Below are positions 5,340-5,990 of a DNA stretch of 5,990 nucleotides, one piece after another (the first letter of the stretch is position 1; each line of letters starts with the position of its first letter). The notes under the pieces are model-generated. The model ran no database searches. It saw nothing but the letters and a program-made list of their open reading frames with translations, and was not told the DNA's origin. A program made the translations under genes and the position numbers. This DNA is from a virus. The stretch lies in the IMG/VR virus record IMGVR_UViG_3300020041_000050, positions 1 to 5,990 of that record, one strand, 5' to 3'.

Positions 5340-5990
5340 TGGCTTGCTCATCTCCCATATGGATACGAAATCGCCGTTATTTTGACAAGAAAAATCCTTG
5401 TCGTAATGGTTCTGATGTCGCTAAGTCTGCACTCGCTCTTCGTCCCTGGGATGTCTGCCGTCAATGGTTGATGGTCCCATGCGGACAGTGTGAAGACTGC
5501 TTGCGTCGTCAGCGCAATGATTGGTTCGTCCGATTGGAGCGCGAGTTGACCTGTTGTAAAGCTAATAGCCAGCAGGCTATTTTTATTACAATTACAATTG
5601 CCCCAAAGTATTATAATGAGGCGCTACTTAACCCTTCTCGATTCATTCGTCGCTTCAATGAGCGTTTGCGACATAAGCTCGGCCATTCGTTTAAGCATGC
5701 TTTCTTCCAAGAGTTTGGCACACATCCTGAAATGGGAAATGAACCTAGATTGCACTTTCACGGCTTTCTCTTTGGCACAAACGTCCTTTACAATACTATT
5801 CGTACTGCTGTTCGAGACCTTGGTTTTGTCTGGCTGTCGAAGGCTACTCACAAGCGCGCTCGATATTGCGTCAAATATGTTACTAAGCAAATTCAATTTA
5901 ATCCCGAAGAGATTTCGGACAAATATGTTACTGTAGATGGAAAACTTACACCTTTATCTTGCCTCCTCCAACATCGCCGTTATACGCGAA
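5339..5990 (+). CDS. VP4: Replication initiation protein (VP4 / gene A-like, HUH rolling-circle endonuclease), N-terminal part. It runs off the window and continues at nt 1..494.
   Basis: My own translation from ATG 5339 gives MACSSPIWIRN...PCGQCEDCLRRQRNDW (Cys cluster, 5480..5500). RCR motif I is IFITITI (5579..5599). The HUH motif is LHFHGFLF (HFH at 5753..5761). The two-Tyr catalytic motif is YCVKYVTK (5864..5887). The ORF has no stop in the window, so it is missing from the supplied ORF track. Confidence 0.93.
   Translation, partial: MACSSPIWIRNRRYFDKKNPCRNGSDVAKSALALRPWDVCRQWLMVPCGQCEDCLRRQRNDWFVRLERELTCCKANSQQAIFITITIAPKYYNEALLNPSRFIRRFNERLRHKLGHSFKHAFFQEFGTHPEMGNEPRLHFHGFLFGTNVLYNTIRTAVRDLGFVWLSKATHKRARYCVKYVTKQIQFNPEEISDKYVTVDGKLTPLSCLLQHRRYTR
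5872..5932 (+). repeat. 13-nt exact direct repeat caaatatgttact at 5872..5884 and 5920..5932 (the second copy is also 5..17), spaced 48 nt apart and in frame
   Basis: Read directly from the sequence. Both copies encode KYVT in the Rep frame, at residues 179-182 within the catalytic YCVKYVTK and again at 195-198 in SDKYVTV. Confidence 0.9.
5916..5990. repeat. Terminal redundancy: exact copy of 1..75
   Basis: Identical 75-nt string at both window ends. Confidence 0.97.

Noticed and set aside
5598-5990. TAG readthrough or stop-codon reassignment fusing ORF 5598..5936 with ORF 22..381
   Set aside because: TAG is used as the normal terminator of at least four well-placed genes here (ends at 2606, 2931, 4309 and 4685), so reassignment is unlikely. 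No slippery sequence or structure was seen at 5934.
1-5990. tRNA, rRNA, CRISPR repeats, integrase/transposase, or inverted terminal repeats of a mobile element
   Set aside because: No cloverleaf-like structure, regularly spaced repeats, recombinase-sized ORFs or terminal inverted repeats were found on either strand. The ORFs listed in the features account for most of the sequence.

Overview
This window appears to be a complete, circularly permuted genome of a Microviridae-like ssDNA phage. The first 75 nt (1..75) are identical to the last 75 nt (5916..5990), so the unit length is 5,915 nt. The linear ends look like an assembly overlap. All credible genes are on the + strand and are tightly packed. 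Gaps between genes are 0-30 nt in most places, and the coding strand is T-rich. None of the start codons has a Shine-Dalgarno sequence upstream.

Gene order around the circle:
- Rolling-circle replication initiator (VP4-like, HUH class). It is split by the artificial ends, 5339..5915 joined to 1..494, giving 356 aa.
- Major capsid protein (VP1/F-like), 498..2297.
- A 98-aa strongly acidic ORF, 2310..2606.
- A GC-rich, dyad-symmetric non-coding island, about 2636..2709.
- A 63-aa ORF with a textbook lipoprotein signal peptide and lipobox, 2740..2931.
- DNA pilot / minor capsid protein (VP2/H-like), 2933..4309.
- The only sizeable AT-rich intergenic gap, which carries a Bacteroides-type -33/-7 promoter.
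- Three small ORFs of unknown function, 4380..5339. The last is basic, has an AP2-like sequence pattern, and its stop overlaps the Rep start (TAATG).

No tRNA, rRNA, CRISPR array, integrase or transposase is visible. Family assignments rest on motifs I recognise by eye. No homology search was possible.

The items most worth follow-up are:
- the phage-encoded small lipoprotein, a candidate for lysis or superinfection exclusion
- the structured GC island, a candidate origin
- the uncharacterised three-ORF module upstream of rep
- the host signals pointing to Bacteroidota
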